Positions 33,200 through 34,943 of a DNA stretch of 34,943 nucleotides are shown here, in pieces (the first letter of the stretch is position 1; every line of letters starts with the position of its first letter). Source of the DNA: Nemertoderma westbladi (lineage: Eukaryota; Animalia; Xenacoelomorpha). Below the pieces are notes generated by a model. It ran no database searches. It saw only the letters and a list, made by a program, of their open reading frames with translations, and had not been told where the DNA came from. The stretch lies in NCBI GenBank assembly GCA_032718475.1, contig JAUCBJ010003591.1, positions 1 to 34,943 on the forward strand. The letters are read 5' to 3'. The position numbers were made by a program, and so were the translations under genes.

Positions 33200-33445
33200 A
33201 TTTTACAGGTGTTCGGGTGTCTACACTTAGCATCAGGTAACTTCTACTATTTTTCAAATCGCAATTTTTCACCAACCATTGTTTTCCATATTCACCAACC
33301 GTTATTTTACAGACGCTAGAGGTGTCTACAGGTAACTTCTACTATTTTTCAAATCGCTATTTTTCAGCAACCAGTATTTTCATATTCACCAACCTTTATT
33401 TTACAGACGCTAGGGGTGTCTACAGGTAACTTCTACTATTTTTCA
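33200..33445. repeat. Imperfect ~95-100-bp tandem repeats (ttttacag...ggtgtctaca...ggtaacttctactattttt, ~3 copies)
   Basis: Direct reading; tagtactgcctccaatca is also repeated at ~33021 and ~33172. Confidence 0.75.
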
Positions 33446-34943
33446 CCAGTAACTAAATTTAATTTTGCAATTTTTCAGATAACAAAATATTCATCCGGGT
33501 TCGAACTCGGGACCGTTATAACTCCCTCACATCTCTCCACTCACTCTTCCATCCAACCTCGAGAGAAAAAGGCGATAAATATCCGAGTTATAGCTGTTGA
33601 ATGCCAAGTAATAATTATTCAATATCGATTTATTCATCATAACTGGTCGCAGATGTTTACAAATAGCTTGTGGTAGTATCAATTATAAATTATTGTTCAT
33701 TGAATTCTATACTATAGCATATGTTACCAACGAGATCCAATTATTCTAATGATTTCGATAGCATAAAATGCATATTAATTAATACGAAATACATCTAACT
33801 AATAATAATAATTTACTTGTTCTACATACAGTATCAGTACAATATTGACAGGTTAATTACGTTTGAATATAAGATGGAATGATAATTAATGTTTAGATGT
33901 AGGGTATTGATTGTTGTGAGTATGTGCTAGATATAGCAGTAATAGTGTTATTCGATATGTAACATTATGAAACAATGTCTCATGTATACACTGTAGTGTT
34001 GCAACTATGTGTAGGTAAGTCAATGTGTCAGTGTTAATATAGTATATTACATTTTTTTATAATATATTGGTTCTACAGAGTGATGCTGGGTTTTAGCACT
34101 ATTAATTTGACATTTTTTTATTGCGAAATTAGATTCACTGAAAAATTCCATGAATAAACTTTGCGAGACATTCCTTAACTATTCTTTGACAACAAATTGT
34201 CTATCTATCTATTTTGAGTAAAAAATGTGAAAATTAAAATGCAAGTCTTAAAAACTGAGTAAGTACTGTTATATTTATTTAAAAATATGAAATTTCGTCA
34301 GTAAATGCGATACTGCTGTAATCATCTATTTTTTACTAAAAAATAATAAACTTACTGTATATATGTTGAAAACCAAGCATCATGCTACAGAAAAAATATT
34401 AATTTAAAATTCTTCACAAACTTATTAACTGAAAATAGTATCTAGCATATATTCAACGTTTAATTTTACATTTTTTTTAGTCAAAGGTAGATTCACTGAC
34501 ATTGTTCTAGAACTTAATAGAATTTGCTGTCATGTTGCAAATCATCCTTCATATGCTACCTATGGCGACTGATTTCACTTCTCTGCAAAATATTACACGT
34601 ATTTCCAGCATTTTTGAAATTTAGGTCTCCAGTTGTGATACTCGGAGCCAGCTTAAAAACGATTCCTAGCCATATGACTTCTGTTGGATCGGTTGTAATA
34701 CCTGTTGTCATAGGTTATGTCACATTGGTCATTACTGGGGTACGAGGTATGTTCAGATTGGTCTCTTAGATGAGGGTTTGGGAAGTGTTGATGTGGATAA
34801 TCATGTCTACTCACTCTGTGCTTCTGATACTGCTGGTATGTTTGACTTTGGTGTCGAGATGATTCTGCGGCATGTCTCCAAGAGTTCCTCACATACTCCG
34901 TATGCCTATTATTATCTTGCGGGATAGATTTATATTGATTACC

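Noticed and set aside
33495-33515. tRNA gene suggested by GGTTCGAAC B-box-like sequence
   Set aside because: No cloverleaf or convincing A-box; at most a SINE or repeat relic

Overview
Eukaryotic (animal-like) genomic DNA. At the left is a complete four-exon Frizzled receptor gene on the minus strand (234-3012). The rest is mostly a composite satellite made of (CCTACA)n/(CCTACG)n arrays separated by a ~250-bp spacer of 18-bp subrepeats, and it has been hit by retroelements. (1) An 11.8-kb minus-strand Bel/Pao LTR retrotransposon (8877-20660) has 1611-bp near-identical LTRs and an AGGAA target-site duplication. It lacks integrase and instead carries an 866-aa WRN/EXD-like DEDDy exonuclease + zinc-knuckle ORF. 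It has a candidate Tf1-style self-priming site in place of a tRNA PBS. Its LTR holds six covarying structured-RNA repeats with a K-turn and a UUCG tetraloop. (2) A degenerate APE-type LINE (22210-25804) sits in the next copy of the same spacer. (3) A probable second LTR element (candidate 3' LTR 26135-28358) carries a divergent homolog of the exonuclease/zinc-knuckle gene (29048-32578). All calls are by eye from motifs; no database searches or folding programs were run.
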